26,535 bases of DNA from Candidatus Poribacteria bacterium. Its GTDB lineage: Bacteria; Poribacteria; WGA-4E; UBA9662. Positions 8,595 to 19,743 of this stretch are shown here, piece by piece. Each line of letters starts with the position of its first letter. Positions within the stretch are counted from its first letter, which is position 1. Below the pieces are notes generated by a model that saw nothing but the letters and a program-made list of their open reading frames with translations, made no database searches and was not told where the DNA came from. Location of the stretch: NCBI GenBank assembly GCA_046582655.1, contig JAYGDX010000363.1, forward strand, positions 1 through 26,535, written 5' to 3'. The translations under genes were made by a program, and so were the position numbers.

Positions 8595-10205
8595 CTAATA
8601 ACCAATGGCACAACCATCTCGACGCGGATCGGATCCTGCAATCAGAGTTTTGTATTCAGGATGAACCAAAATTGCCTGCCCACCGCCAAAAAACGTATTT
8701 GGCGGCATGATTTGATGGCCCTTGTCTCGCAATTGATTGCTGACACTATCTGAGATTCCTCTTTCAAGTGAGAGGCTACCATCATCCATGACCCGAAAAC
8801 GCGGGGCATCCAGTGCTGATTGAACATCCATGTTAAAATCGATCAAGTTACTTACCAGTTGAAGATGTCCTTGAGGTTGCATCTGTCCACCCATCACACC
8901 GAAGGTAACTAACGGCACACCATCCCGAGCAATCATACCCGGTATAATTGTGTGCATCGTGCGCTTATGGGAGGCGATACAATTTGCGTGACTTGGATCC
9001 AATGAAAAACCAGCACCACGGTTCTGCAACAAAATCCCTGTATCACCTGCAACTAACCCAGAGCCAAAACCGTGGAAAAGACTGTTAATGAAAGAAACTA
9101 CGTTTCGGTCTTTATCAACAACCGACAAATATATGGTGTCATCACCCATTCTTGGATTACCTGCGTTCGGATTCGGCATTGCTTGATTGGAATTGATGCG
9201 GCCACTCTGGATCTTGGCATATTCAGTTGATAGTAAACCATCAACCGGAACGTTTTCAAAAGTTGGATCGGTTATATATTCATACAGATCCGCAAAACTT
9301 AGTTTCATGGATTCAATCAAACAATGCAACGATTGGGTGCTGTTATGTCCCATGGCTGAGATATCAAATTCAGATGCGATATTCAATGCCATCAGGGCAG
9401 CAATCCCCTGCCCGTTAGGCGGAATCTCACAAACGTCATAACCTCGGTAATCAACCGAAATCGGTTCAACCCAATCCGAAGTGTGGTCGATAAAATCTTG
9501 CATGGTAAACAGTCCACCATTCTCAGAGGAGAATTTGACAATCTTTTCGGCAATTTGACCGTGATAGAAGGCATCACGTCCTCCTTCGCCAATCAGGCGC
9601 AGCGTCTGAGCTAAGTTGATGTTCTTAAACACCTCTCCCGGCTTTGGCGCACGACCACCAATTAGGTAAGTCTGCAGAGTATCCAGACAATGTGATAGAA
9701 GAGGTGTACTGGCTTGCCAAGACAAACTAATCTGCGGACTGACAGGAAACCCATTTTCAGCATGGGAAATGGCTGGTTGCAGGACATCTGCCATCGTCAT
9801 TGTCCCACATCTCTCAAGAAGTGTGGCCCACCCATCAACTGCCCCTGGAACAGTTACCGCGTACATGCTATGATAGTTTGGGATATATGCTAGTTCTTGA
9901 TCAGCAAAAAACGTCAGTTCGGCAGCATAAGGTGCTCGGCCGCTAGCGTTAAGTCCCAGAATCTTTTCATCTTTTGGTTGATATACAAGCATAAACGCGT
10001 CTCCACCGATTCCCGTCGACATCGGTTCAACAACGTTCAACATCGCTGCCGTGGCTACGGCGGCATCGATGGAATTTCCGCCGTCTCGTAAGATCTGCAA
10101 TCCAGCTTGAGCAGCCAGCGGTTGGCTGGTCGCAACTGCCCCATGCCGACTAATAACCGCAGATCGTCCCGGACCAAAACGGTTCGGCTGATAATCATTA
10201 AACAT
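8595..10205 (-). CDS. ggt: Gamma-glutamyltransferase family protein (cytoplasmic YwrD-like Ntn hydrolase)
   Basis: ATSQPLA, GGNSIDAAVA, EPMSTGIGGD, VTVPG, PPNGQG, autocleavage site GDD|TIYLSVVD, NSLFHGFGSG, LQNRG, HTIIP, GVMGGQMQPQGH, GSDPRRDG. Confidence 0.93.
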   Translation of the reverse strand: MFNDYQPNRFGPGRSAVISRHGAVATSQPLAAQAGLQILRDGGNSIDAAVATAAMLNVVEPMSTGIGGDAFMLVYQPKDEKILGLNASGRAPYAAELTFFADQELAYIPNYHSMYAVTVPGAVDGWATLLERCGTMTMADVLQPAISHAENGFPVSPQISLSWQASTPLLSHCLDTLQTYLIGGRAPKPGEVFKNINLAQTLRLIGEGGRDAFYHGQIAEKIVKFSSENGGLFTMQDFIDHTSDWVEPISVDYRGYDVCEIPPNGQGIAALMALNIASEFDISAMGHNSTQSLHCLIESMKLSFADLYEYITDPTFENVPVDGLLSTEYAKIQSGRINSNQAMPNPNAGNPRMGDDTIYLSVVDKDRNVVSFINSLFHGFGSGLVAGDTGILLQNRGAGFSLDPSHANCIASHKRTMHTIIPGMIARDGVPLVTFGVMGGQMQPQGHLQLVSNLIDFNMDVQSALDAPRFRVMDDGSLSLERGISDSVSNQLRDKGHQIMPPNTFFGGGQAILVHPEYKTLIAGSDPRRDGCAIGY

Positions 10206-10241
10206 TATTTACTCCTAAATTCGATTTTTACACTTCGGATT

Positions 10242-11751
10242 TTAAGCATCAAGCCAATAGGCATAGAATTCTGCTTGCTGTAAAGAGAACCTGAGACTAA
10301 TCATTTCTCCTCGAAGACCAGACAGATCCCCCGACTTCCATTTGACTGCAACGGAGATGGAATCCTCGTTAATTAGGTAAGATTTCATCAATGCATTTCC
10401 GTCTGGATCGATAACTTCGGCTCTGAGTTGACCGTGCCCGGCATTGAGATTGACAAAAATTTTGCCTCCGACCAGCAGAAAAGGGCAGGTTTAAAATCTC
10501 CCTTCTTGATGATTGGCATTAAGCGAGATAAAACCGTCCCGCCGTAAAACTGCCAAATTAATAGCCCCAATGTCGGAGTCGAATCCAGTCACCGGAATAT
10601 GCTCACCATCGGGATATTCCCCGACATAATCCCACGTGTTTCGATACTTTAAACCGGTATAATAAAACCATAATTCATCATCCCGCAAGATCACATTCGA
10701 AGAACCAATAATTTGGGCAAGATCATAAGCACCGCTACTCAAGGGTGATGGACCAATGAACGGGCTTCGATTACCTAACCGATGCCAGGTCTTTAGATCT
10801 CGACTGCAAGCCAACTGAACAAGGTGATACCCATCGGTGTTGGGATAATTTTTAACGCCACTTGTGGCATGATACATAGCTGGTGTTCCCAGATAATACC
10901 CCTGATAACGAAAGACACCCATATTATACACATCAACTTTGTAATCCTCTCGACTGTTAAACCGAGGCTGACATAGGTTTGGGTTGGCCAAACGTTGTTG
11001 AATGTTTTTTCCCCCAGTTCCTGATCTAAGTCATCGGCTTCGAAAATTAGCTCTGGTTCGGTCTATAACTTGCAATCTTGGCTGGTCGATAACGATACCG
11101 CACGTCCTCCACGTGTACCACCGAGTTTAACAGTCAGGATAAATGTCCTCGTAGCCAAATCATAGCTTCAATTATGCTCATCACTGCTTGGAACAGGAGT
11201 TGCGTTATGCAACATCTGCCAGCGGCGAGCATCTGGCACAAGAATACCAGCTCGCTTTGAAATCGGTTCCGCTGAAGACCTCCGATGTAAGTTGCCCCCT
11301 TGAAACGTGCTAAAGGATCGTCAGTATCCGAGTCATAAACAGCCAAAGTGGGTGCAAGGGAATAATTCTCTAGATCCATGGGCACGCCCTCTTGATCTAC
11401 TGATAGGTAGTTATTTTCAGTAGTCTCTCGGTATTCAATCTGATTGAGTGCCGGTTTGGCCCAATTCAACCCATCTTGACTTTCAAAATAGCTCGAAGCA
11501 TTGAACTCCAGATCGTCCGGTCGCCCAAGAGTAAGAATCTTGAATATCCTTTCATTGGGATCCCACAGCGGCGCAGCTCGTATCTGATGAGAGAAAATCC
11601 CCTGCGACAGATCAGGCCGGATCACAGCCCCTTTCTTTGCTGGCTGATGCATCTTCCAAGTTAGGTTTTCCATCCAATCTATATCGTCATCATCCAAACA
11701 CAACTGACGTTGACCAAGCGGAACTATAGAGACTGGCGAATTTTGTTTCAT
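10242..11751 (-). pseudogene. Fragmented beta-propeller glycoside-hydrolase-like protein
   Basis: One protein spread over several frames: RQLCLDD, Asp-box-like ESQDGLNW, STSQDCKL* (TAG at 11063-11065) and CSRDLKTW, DELWFYYTG, LRRDGFISL and the tail SLRFSLQQAEFYAYWLDA*. At least three frameshifts and two internal stops. Confidence 0.75.
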
Positions 11752-11752
11752 C

Positions 11753-12286
11753 TTAATTCTTTCTTGGGTTTGAAAAGTCGTAAATAGCTAACCCGCCATT
11801 ATCATTAATTCCGTAAGTCCCTGCGTACATGCCATTTTTATCAACGAATGTTATTGATCCCCCATTGGAGTCGTGGGAGAGAATTAAACTACCGCTTTTT
11901 TCCTCTGATTGATAGCCGACTGACACAAAAGCGGTATTTTCTACCCCGCCAAAGGACATATGTACACGACTCATTGGCGTCTTTTGGCTCAATATACCAA
12001 ATACACCCCCATCCTGATCGTTACGAAAGTACCCGTTTTTAACACCTAAATTATCAATTAGCGAAATGTTGCCGCCATGTTTGTCAGTTTCCATAATCAG
12101 CGCGTCGTTGCCAGCCTGGTTGATAATAGACAGCTTTTTGCAACGTATAGCCTCGAATTCAGCAATTTTACTTTCCTTGTCTTCAGCATTAACATCTACC
12201 CCCAGAAAACTAGGCAGCAGTTGGCCAGTGACGACGAGTAAACCTCCAAGCAACATAAAACAGAGTCTCTCTTGTAATTTGATCAT
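11753..12286 (-). CDS. Hypothetical exported protein
   Basis: Hydrophobic N-terminal segment (LCFMLLGGLLVVTG) followed by Gly-rich beta-strand repeats; GAGGT RBS 9 nt before the ATG at 12286 (the ORF track starts at TTG 12292). Confidence 0.65.
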   Translation of the reverse strand: MIKLQERLCFMLLGGLLVVTGQLLPSFLGVDVNAEDKESKIAEFEAIRCKKLSIINQAGNDALIMETDKHGGNISLIDNLGVKNGYFRNDQDGGVFGILSQKTPMSRVHMSFGGVENTAFVSVGYQSEEKSGSLILSHDSNGGSITFVDKNGMYAGTYGINDNGGLAIYDFSNPRKN

Positions 12287-12339
12287 AACCAAGTAACCTC
12301 AATTAGCAGAATATATAAATATCAAAAAACCAGAAATCT

Positions 12340-13060
12340 TCAAGCAAGACAGGCCCATAAGCCTCGTCCTTTCTCACGTAACCTCACCTTTATTTCTTCG
12401 AACCTCTTTTCAGTAATTAGGATAGAAAGCCAGAACAATGATGCTTAGTATAATAGTAGGAATAGGACCAGCAACCAATTTAATTCCGGTCAGCGTTCCT
12501 GGTATTTGTTTGATAATTTCCTCAGAATTTTCTTTAACAAAGCCAAAGTAATCTAGAATTTCTCCATTGATCCGAGAATGCTAAAGCCATAAACACCCTT
12601 TGGCTAAAGAACCAAACACCGTAATAGACGCCTTCCCCGCGTCTGCCGGTCGACGACTCATCCACCTCGATACAGTCAGGGATCATTGCCCGGTTGCAGA
12701 CAAAATGTGTGACGATAGAGATACCTGCCACAACGACAAGTGCAAAAAACCAAATCGTTGCGTACATCCCAGTAAAAGCAATCAAAACACTGCCAGTACC
12801 AAAAGGCCAATCATATGACCTGTTTTCTTTCCTGTTTTGCGAGTCAGCCAGACCCGAAATGGGAGAAAATTAATCGCTACCAGCATCAACATGGCAATAG
12901 GAATCTACCCAACAACTCCTCTCATTTCTAAGGCATTCTCGACAAGAAAGATCAGATTTGACTGAATGGCTGTCACTACAAAATTACTACCACACCACAT
13001 CAATAGCAGGATAACAAAAGGCTGGTTTTGAATTCCCATCTTGACCATTCAATGATTCCA
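12340..13060 (-). pseudogene. C-terminal-half remnant of an MFS_2/GPH (MelB-like) sugar:cation symporter
   Basis: NQPFVILLLMW, WLTRKTGKK, AMIPDCIEVDESSTGRRGEGVYYGVWFFSQR, and TLTGIKLVAGPIP..FYP/ITEKRFEEI across frames with stops; N-terminal half absent. Boundaries approximate. Confidence 0.75.
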
Positions 13061-13123
13061 TTATGATCTTCCTTCATTTGGCATTAGGGCAATCACTTTG
13101 CTACTTACCTTTTGATAGTTTGG

Positions 13124-13333
13124 TCAAACGGACAATTTCCCTATAAGACATTGCGGGTAATATACCGTGCATAGCCCTGGATGTACATAGGTACACGCGC
13201 CGACCATACAATTCTTACCGATTGTTATACGCTTTAGAATCAGACGTCCCTTTTCAAAGATATGACAGGAAAGTGTCGATTTCCCACCGACGATCGAATT
13301 ATCACCGATTTCCAGTAAGTAGGCATCATTCAA
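13124..13333 (-). pseudogene. Fragment of a hexapeptide-repeat (left-handed beta-helix) acyltransferase
   Basis: NDAYLLEIGDNSIVGGKSTLSCHIFEKGRLILKRITIGKNCMVGACTYVHPG; no intact N- or C-terminus. Confidence 0.65.
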
Positions 13334-13767
13334 AAGAGAGAATATATAAGATGCTAGACTAGTTTAGCTCATAAGTAAAGTGTTAAATTAGTTGTCATGC
13401 TAGGCAAAAACAAGTATAAAAAAGGTCGAATTTTTCTCAGAGAGGATTCAGGGAAACAGCCAAATTTTTTGCCAAAGATTTGAGGACCTATTCCTAAACT
13501 GATATGGCATGTCATCATACAAAAGGAGGATAAAAAAGCGTAAATCAACTTCTGAATGAGTACATTCATCACCCACAATTGGCCCTCTGTCCTTACCAGC
13601 AAAGTGGAATTGAACTGGACCGAGTATATCCTAAACCGATGCTTGAACATAACTTTGCAAAAAAAGAGCACCTCGTCCGCACAAAAATTCCCAGAATAGA
13701 AAGCAATATTGTACAAGTTAGTACTGCTTTCTGAACTTGTTCGAAACAGTCCAAAGGCCTTCTAAAT

Positions 13768-14925
13768 TTACTGTTGATACCCTGTCAATTCAACATACCC
13801 AACGCCTCTGACCAGTTGTTCTTTGAAAGTTCCTTTTACTTTAACTGCACCTTCCCAATATTCGAAACTTCCCTCAAATTCTTGGTCTTTTATCATCGGT
13901 TCAATCTGTATATTCATCTGGAATCTATCCAGTTTGACTATCCACCCTGATGGGTAAATATTGCCACTTTTAGGACTTTTCCAACTGGACGTTTGTTGCA
14001 CGGTAAAATCGGACCTGTTAATTTTTACTGTTGGCTGATCTGATTGAATCAGCGATCCTTGAAAGTCTTGCCAATCGGTACCATCTCTATACCTTAAGCG
14101 GGCGAGCATGAGTGCAACATCGTTATCCAGCTGTATAGAGAACCAATCCCAACCGATAACCCCTTCGCTTAGTGAACTAGTACCAAATTCATGATCCATC
14201 CAGCTGATCCCAGTAACATTAATACGTTCCTTATTAATTTGAATGATGCCGATACTTTCTAAGCCAACTAAGCTATAATAATAGTTGGCATTACCAACTT
14301 CTGGCCCTTTTTGACTCAGGCCATTATTACCATGAAATACCGGTTTGCGCGTTTGAGTTAATGTCAAGTCAATAGCAATAATCGGGTCGGTGGCATCGTT
14401 GATAGCGAAAAGGCGTATTGTTTTATCTGCTTTTTGTGTAGCTGACCAATCTTCAAGCCATACAGCATAATTCGAATGTTCAGCCTTTGCTCCTGCCAAT
14501 CCAATTAATGAACCACGGCTATACCTTTCAAAGCTCTTGTATTGCTTACGGGAAACGTCGGTCACTGCGAAATGAGCCATATACACTTGATTACTAGCAA
14601 ACTCGGAAGAACGGTTTGACATATCCGGAGCCAGCGAATTACGAAAGAACGTTAGTTGGTAACCATAACCTCGTCCATCATAGGACTTCAGGTTGCCGGT
14701 GTAGTACCACCACTCGGTTTTGTAGTCTGGGTGTGCGGCATGATCGCGAGGAAACTGAAAGTCCATTGGTTGTGTTGCTCTTTTGAATCTAGGATCTGCT
14801 CTCCCACTGAGCATACCAACAATACTTCTTTGTGTCCTATGGTCTGATGCATATACTTCTGAAGAATATAATAAGAACAAGCTGAGAAATAAAGCACAAA
14901 ACTTGATCAGAAATTTGAATATCAT
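13768..14925 (-). CDS. AttH-like / CrtC-like secreted lipocalin-domain protein (annotated family: carotenoid 1,2-hydratase-like)
   Basis: FPRDHAAHPDYKTEWWYYTGNL, GYQLTFFR, AHFAVTD, SWMDHEFGTS, GWDWFSIQL, YPSGW, YWEGAV, GVGYVELTGY; signal peptide from the ATG at 14925 (the ORF track extends to TTG 14955). Confidence 0.85.
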   Translation of the reverse strand: MIFKFLIKFCALFLSLFLLYSSEVYASDHRTQRSIVGMLSGRADPRFKRATQPMDFQFPRDHAAHPDYKTEWWYYTGNLKSYDGRGYGYQLTFFRNSLAPDMSNRSSEFASNQVYMAHFAVTDVSRKQYKSFERYSRGSLIGLAGAKAEHSNYAVWLEDWSATQKADKTIRLFAINDATDPIIAIDLTLTQTRKPVFHGNNGLSQKGPEVGNANYYYSLVGLESIGIIQINKERINVTGISWMDHEFGTSSLSEGVIGWDWFSIQLDNDVALMLARLRYRDGTDWQDFQGSLIQSDQPTVKINRSDFTVQQTSSWKSPKSGNIYPSGWIVKLDRFQMNIQIEPMIKDQEFEGSFEYWEGAVKVKGTFKEQLVRGVGYVELTGYQQ

Positions 14926-14932
14926 AGATCTG

Positions 14933-17479
14933 TTACTCACTACGAAGCGCGTCAATTACGGGAATACGGCTTAGTTGCCAAGCGGGATATATGCCAGCCA
15001 CCAACGCAGAACTGACAGCGACTGCAAATGCCTTAAAAAATTCCATAGTCTGCAGGTGCATTTGCAGTGTCCAGCCAAATGAACGTAAGTTAATAACATA
15101 AATCAGAATTATAGCAAGGACTAATCCTACTGGCATGGCAATGAGTCCAGCGCTAGCTCCCATGAGTCCCGTTTCCAGCAGAATAAGTTTCCATAATTGC
15201 TGGCCTGTTACTCCAAGTGCGCGTAATAGACCAATTTCTTGTCTTCTTTCAAGTTGAAAGCCCATTAATGTACTTAATATTCCGATAAAAGCGACAATCA
15301 TTGATAATACTTGTAGGGCTATAGTCAGAGTAAAGGTGCGATCAAATACAAGCATTGCATTTCGTCTAAGGGAGTGGTTAGATTGAATTACCACTTGCCC
15401 TTTTCCCGCCAATTGGCGTCGAAGTTGACTAATTATTTCATTGATTTGTGTTTTGGAATCTATAATCAAAGCAATAGAGCTAATATTCTGGTCATCCCAG
15501 AACAGACGATATGTGCCATCGTATATCGTTACAGATGGACGGACATCGAAGTCATAGGCAATCGCTACAATTTCAAATGAATGCCCTCCTTTATCAGTAA
15601 AAAGCTTAATTTGGTCTCCAGCCTTTAAACCGAATCGAACTGACATCGGTTCATTGATTACAACTCCCCCAGATTTGACCATTTCCCAAGTTTCACTGAC
15701 GTTTCCTAAAGCTGATTTGTATTTCCGCTTGTTACCTGCAACATCGGCACTAACAGCGAACAATTGAACAATTCCGATGTTATTGGCATTGACCGTTACC
15801 TCGCGATTGGTTAAGATCCTTTTTATTCCCGATACTTTTTGAACTTCGTCTACCAGTTGTGGATCAATTAAGGATGCGACGCTGCTGGCAACACGTGGAG
15901 CAGAAATAAAAATGTCAGCCTGTAAGAGATCTTCCAACCATTTTTCGACCGTTAAACGAAAGCTGCTTGTCATTAGGCCAACACCAATAATCACACTGAC
16001 AGCCACCATTAATGAGGTGATAGCAACCGAGGTTCGACTTAAGGATCGAGTAATGTCTCGTATTGCCATACTGCTGACAAGACCAAAACTGCGTTTTAAC
16101 ACCTGTTGAACTAACCGCATAATGATCAAGGTAACCAAAGGTGTTAATAACGAAAAACCTATCAGAACCATAAATACGCCGCTGAAAGTAATTATTAAGT
16201 TCCAATTTGGAATTAGAAGGATACCGCCAAGTACCAAGACTAGAGCTCCAATGGTACTGACCCAAGGTAGTGCCATTCGTGTCTTTTCCTCAATATGGCT
16301 GCGTCGAAGGGCGCTTACTGGGGAAACATGCGTCGCTTCATACGAGGGAATAAGTGCCGCAAATAACGATGCCAGTAGCCCAATTAGACTACTTTTAATT
16401 AACACATTCCAGGTTATCTCTACCGTGCGGACATTGGTAACGAAAAAGATATCGTTGATTGTACGAGACATCATCTCCACCGTACCCTGCCCCAGTAAAA
16501 TACCAAGTCCCACGCCTCCGGCAGTTCCAAGTCCACCAAGAATTATGGCCTCTACTAAGATCATTATGAAAACTTCATTGCGTGTAGCCCCGATTGCTCG
16601 AAGTGTCGCAATAGTTGGCCGTCTCTGAATAACACTAAAGGTTACAGTATTATAAATTAAGAACATACCAACAACTAATGCTAATAAGCTAAGCGCTGTC
16701 AGGTTGAGTTGAAAGGCAGATACCATTTCACGCATAGAACCGGTTTTTTCAGAGTTATGTTCCAAGCGTGCGCCTATAGGTAAGATATTTTCGATCTGTT
16801 CAATAATGTGCGATTTAGAATGCAGATCTGGAATAATCAGATCAATCCGGTCAATCCATCCTATTTTGCCAAGGACTTCTTGCGCTGCCGCTATATCTGT
16901 AATGAGCAGATTGTCAAATGCAAACCCGGTTTTGCTGGTCTCCACCAACTGGCTGATAACCAGTTGGTGACTGCGACCAGCGAAATCAATGTGAAGGATA
17001 TCATTAACGCCAAGATTGTAATGATCCGCCAGATCTTCACTAACTAGCACCATATTTGGTCGAACCATAAACGTACTTAGGTTAACGTCACGCGTAAAAT
17101 CCGCACCAGAGGAATAATCATTAAAGATGGAGGCTGACAAGAGATCGACGCCAACAAGCTTCATTGGTTGTCTGTCTAGATCCTTAGCAATTACGTATTC
17201 CTCAATAATCGGCGTGCTCAATCGATAACCGAGGTTACAACGAATTTCCAAATAGATCCTTTGATCAATTCCACTCGTTCCTCCGACAATCCGATGTGTT
17301 GTTTTGCCAGCAATCGATTCTGCACTGTACATGAAAGCCCTTTTTACAGACTCGTTGGCAAGATCAATTGCGAGGATGATCGCAACACCTAAAGCAACAC
17401 CAATAATAAAAAATGTACTTTGAAATGGTTTTCTCCACGCATGTTGCCATGCCAGTCGAAATATGTTCCTTATCATCAA
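14933..17479 (-). CDS. ABC transporter permease, duplicated FtsX/MacB-type (AttF/AttG-like)
   Basis: Two FtsX repeats ([38 protein letters not shown]), [20 protein letters not shown] overlap with the ATPase stop. Confidence 0.9.
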   Translation of the reverse strand: MMIRNIFRLAWQHAWRKPFQSTFFIIGVALGVAIILAIDLANESVKRAFMYSAESIAGKTTHRIVGGTSGIDQRIYLEIRCNLGYRLSTPIIEEYVIAKDLDRQPMKLVGVDLLSASIFNDYSSGADFTRDVNLSTFMVRPNMVLVSEDLADHYNLGVNDILHIDFAGRSHQLVISQLVETSKTGFAFDNLLITDIAAAQEVLGKIGWIDRIDLIIPDLHSKSHIIEQIENILPIGARLEHNSEKTGSMREMVSAFQLNLTALSLLALVVGMFLIYNTVTFSVIQRRPTIATLRAIGATRNEVFIMILVEAIILGGLGTAGGVGLGILLGQGTVEMMSRTINDIFFVTNVRTVEITWNVLIKSSLIGLLASLFAALIPSYEATHVSPVSALRRSHIEEKTRMALPWVSTIGALVLVLGGILLIPNWNLIITFSGVFMVLIGFSLLTPLVTLIIMRLVQQVLKRSFGLVSSMAIRDITRSLSRTSVAITSLMVAVSVIIGVGLMTSSFRLTVEKWLEDLLQADIFISAPRVASSVASLIDPQLVDEVQKVSGIKRILTNREVTVNANNIGIVQLFAVSADVAGNKRKYKSALGNVSETWEMVKSGGVVINEPMSVRFGLKAGDQIKLFTDKGGHSFEIVAIAYDFDVRPSVTIYDGTYRLFWDDQNISSIALIIDSKTQINEIISQLRRQLAGKGQVVIQSNHSLRRNAMLVFDRTFTLTIALQVLSMIVAFIGILSTLMGFQLERRQEIGLLRALGVTGQQLWKLILLETGLMGASAGLIAMPVGLVLAIILIYVINLRSFGWTLQMHLQTMEFFKAFAVAVSSALVAGIYPAWQLSRIPVIDALRSE

Positions 17480-18189
17480 TTCACTGAGTTTTCGATAACG
17501 GTGAGTTTGCCGTTGGTCATCTGTAATACGCGGTCTGCGTGGCTTGCTATTTCATGGTCATGTGTGACAAGTAGCAAGGTTTGTCCAAAATCTTGTACGA
17601 ACTCTAACAAAATTGCGAGGACTAAATTGCCGGTTTCTGCGTCAAGATTTCCGGTTGGTTCATCAGCCAGAATAATAGATGGATTGTGGACCAGGGCACG
17701 AGTAATGGCAACTCGCTGTTGTTCACCAGCACTTAACTTATCTGGATACGTTTCAAGGCGATTTCCAAGACCAACACGATTCATCAAAGAAGTTGCGACC
17801 TCAATCGAAAAATTGCCATTTAATTCTAACGGGAGAGTGACATTCTCTAAAACATTAAGTGTTGGTATCAGGTTAAAAAACTGGAAAATAATGCCGATGT
17901 GACGTCGACGGAAGAGAGTTCTATCTTTCTCTGTAAGATCGGAAATCGAGATGTCCTGGTTATCGCTACTAATAATGATACGACCTTGTGTAGGAACATC
18001 AATCCCTGAGATTAAATTGAGCAGGGTACTTTTTCCGCTACCGGATTTCCCAAGCACACATATAAATTCACCTTTATGAAAGACTTCATCAACTTGGTTA
18101 AGGACGGTTAGATCTTTTTTCGCTTCTACGTAGATTTTGCTGACTTTGTCAAGTCGAATATGTGTTTTCTTTTTCAATGGTGAGATCAT
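17476..18189 (-). CDS. ABC transporter ATP-binding protein, LolD/MacB/AttE-like
   Basis: Walker [10 protein letters not shown]-loop IFQFFNLIP, signature LSAGEQQR, Walker B/D-loop [12 protein letters not shown]-loop VTHD. Confidence 0.93.
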   Translation of the reverse strand: MISPLKKKTHIRLDKVSKIYVEAKKDLTVLNQVDEVFHKGEFICVLGKSGSGKSTLLNLISGIDVPTQGRIIISSDNQDISISDLTEKDRTLFRRRHIGIIFQFFNLIPTLNVLENVTLPLELNGNFSIEVATSLMNRVGLGNRLETYPDKLSAGEQQRVAITRALVHNPSIILADEPTGNLDAETGNLVLAILLEFVQDFGQTLLLVTHDHEIASHADRVLQMTNGKLTVIENSVN

Positions 18190-18557
18190 ACTTTCGAAAT
18201 CTAAGAAGTAGACTTAAACATCAAGGCATCAAAAATTGCCACGTCAGAATATTTTCTATAACTTGCACAAGCCATTCTCTTTACAAGATAATTGCTATTG
18301 ATTGCGAAACAAGGTGATATGATGAGCATGAGAGATAAACAGACGTATCATGGGAAGATTATGCAGCTGAAATAACGTAACCTAAGCTGGATAATCTATA
18401 ATGTACTTTTTTCAGAAGTGCAGTTATAAAAATCTTGGGCACATTTGACGCTAAATCTAATCAGCAGCAGAGACAAAAGACTTGTGATATAAGAAATTCA
18501 GAAAATTAATTCTTTTGAACGAATGTTTTTGAGTTTATAAGATTCTTGGTATGCTAC

Positions 18558-19540
18558 TTATTCTGCCAGGAGATTATAGCCATTTCTTAACTGACCTAAT
18601 GTCTGCCGGAAATTATTTAGACCAACAATTCTTTTGGCACCAATTTCATTCCAGATTCTATTGTAAGCCTCAGAAACTCTCCCACCAACAATTATACTCA
18701 CTGACTCGGGTAACCCACAGTATAATTTCTGTGCCTCATGTTTAAGTTTTGGATCGTCTGGTGGATAGGTAATACTTAAAGCAACTGCTTTCGCTACATT
18801 TCGATGGGCGGCCGCAGCGATTTCTTCCGCCGGTAAATTTGATCCCAAATAGGTCACTTGCTAGCCTTCAGCCTCAGCAAACAGAGCAACTGCGAAAGCA
18901 CCCATATCGTGAGATTGCCCCGTAGGCATCGCCACAACAACGACAGGGGCAGACACAGGAATATTGAATACTGAACGCATCCCACCAGAAAATTTCGTAT
19001 GACTTCAGATGCCAGATGTTGGTTCACAATTCTTAAAGAACCATCCTGCCACTGATTCCCGATTTTTGTCATTAGCGGTGTAATCACAGTTTCAATTAGT
19101 TTGGGTTGACTTAATTCAACAGAAGCTTCTATTAACGCTTTTTCCAAGGTCACCGGACTTAATTCCTATGTGGCCTTATAACACTGATCTATATGGTACT
19201 GATAAGTCTCATTGCTTCCCTGATCTTCTTCCAGTGGAACCACTTGAGATCGAGAAAAGAGTGGTTGATCTATGCTTTGGTCTTGACTTGATCTTTCTTC
19301 AATAAAATCCGATATATCATCGTTTGAAAGTCGGGAAATTCTACTAATTTTCTGCCCGGATTCAATCGCCATTTTGAAGAGTTTTAGTCTTTCAACATCC
19401 TCTTCAGAATAGAGACGATGATTTTTGGGCGTTCTAAACGGTACTATCGCAGAGTATCGCTTCTCCCAAACCCGAATCACATGCGCTGTCAACCCCGTCG
19501 CTTCAGATACAGTCCGCATTGGGTATCTCTTTGAATCCAT
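18558..19540 (-). pseudogene. Disrupted CarH/LitR-type MerR-family adenosylcobalamin-binding photoreceptor regulator
   Basis: MerR HTH (YPMRTVSEATGLTAHVIRVWEKRY..RTPKNHRLYSEEDV), helix bundle IGNQW-x9-QH, then VVAMPTGQSHDMG and G*QVTYLGSNLPAEEI..IIVGG. Lesions: in-frame TAG 19166-19168, frameshift near 18987, TAG 18861-18863. AAGGA RBS before ATG 19540. Confidence 0.88.
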
Positions 19541-19544
19541 AATA

Positions 19545-19588
19545 TTCCTTAACAATTTGCAGACACTAAGCAGAAAATATATAGACAA
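19545..19588 (+). promoter_or_regulatory. Putative CarH operator: four tandem 11-bp direct repeats
   Basis: TTCCTTAACAA / TTTGCAGACAC / TAAGCAGAAAA / TATATAGACAA, with ACA (or AAA) at 19552, 19563, 19574 and 19585; resembles the nnnnTnnACAn CarH repeat. Confidence 0.55.
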
Positions 19589-19743
19589 AACGTTTTAAGT
19601 TTTTGTTTTCGAGATTTCAGAAATGCTGTGAGATGCACTTTGTCTACTTAAATTTTCTGAATTTCTATAGATATATTATAAATCCCCATGCACTTTATAA
19701 TGTCAAATTAATAGCTTTTTTATCCTAAAATGACCAAGATTTC

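Noticed and set aside
13369..13716. 115-aa minus-strand ORF after the attH-like gene
   Set aside because: TTG start, no recognisable motif or RBS; likely decayed sequence adjoining the acyltransferase remnant.
17476..18189. ABC signature LSAGE instead of LSGGE as a sign of inactivation
   Set aside because: Substitution at this position is commonly tolerated and all other ATPase motifs are intact.
18558..19540. In-frame TAG/TGA codons at conserved positions suggesting stop-codon reassignment or readthrough
   Set aside because: The same genes also carry frameshifts, both TAG and TGA are involved, and intact genes end normally in TAG (SDR, sulfatase) and TGA (lipA).
19675..19706. Minus-strand TTGACA and TATAAT as a consensus sigma-70 promoter for carH
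   Set aside because: The spacer is 20 nt, too long for a standard promoter, although MerR-type long spacers mean it cannot be fully excluded.
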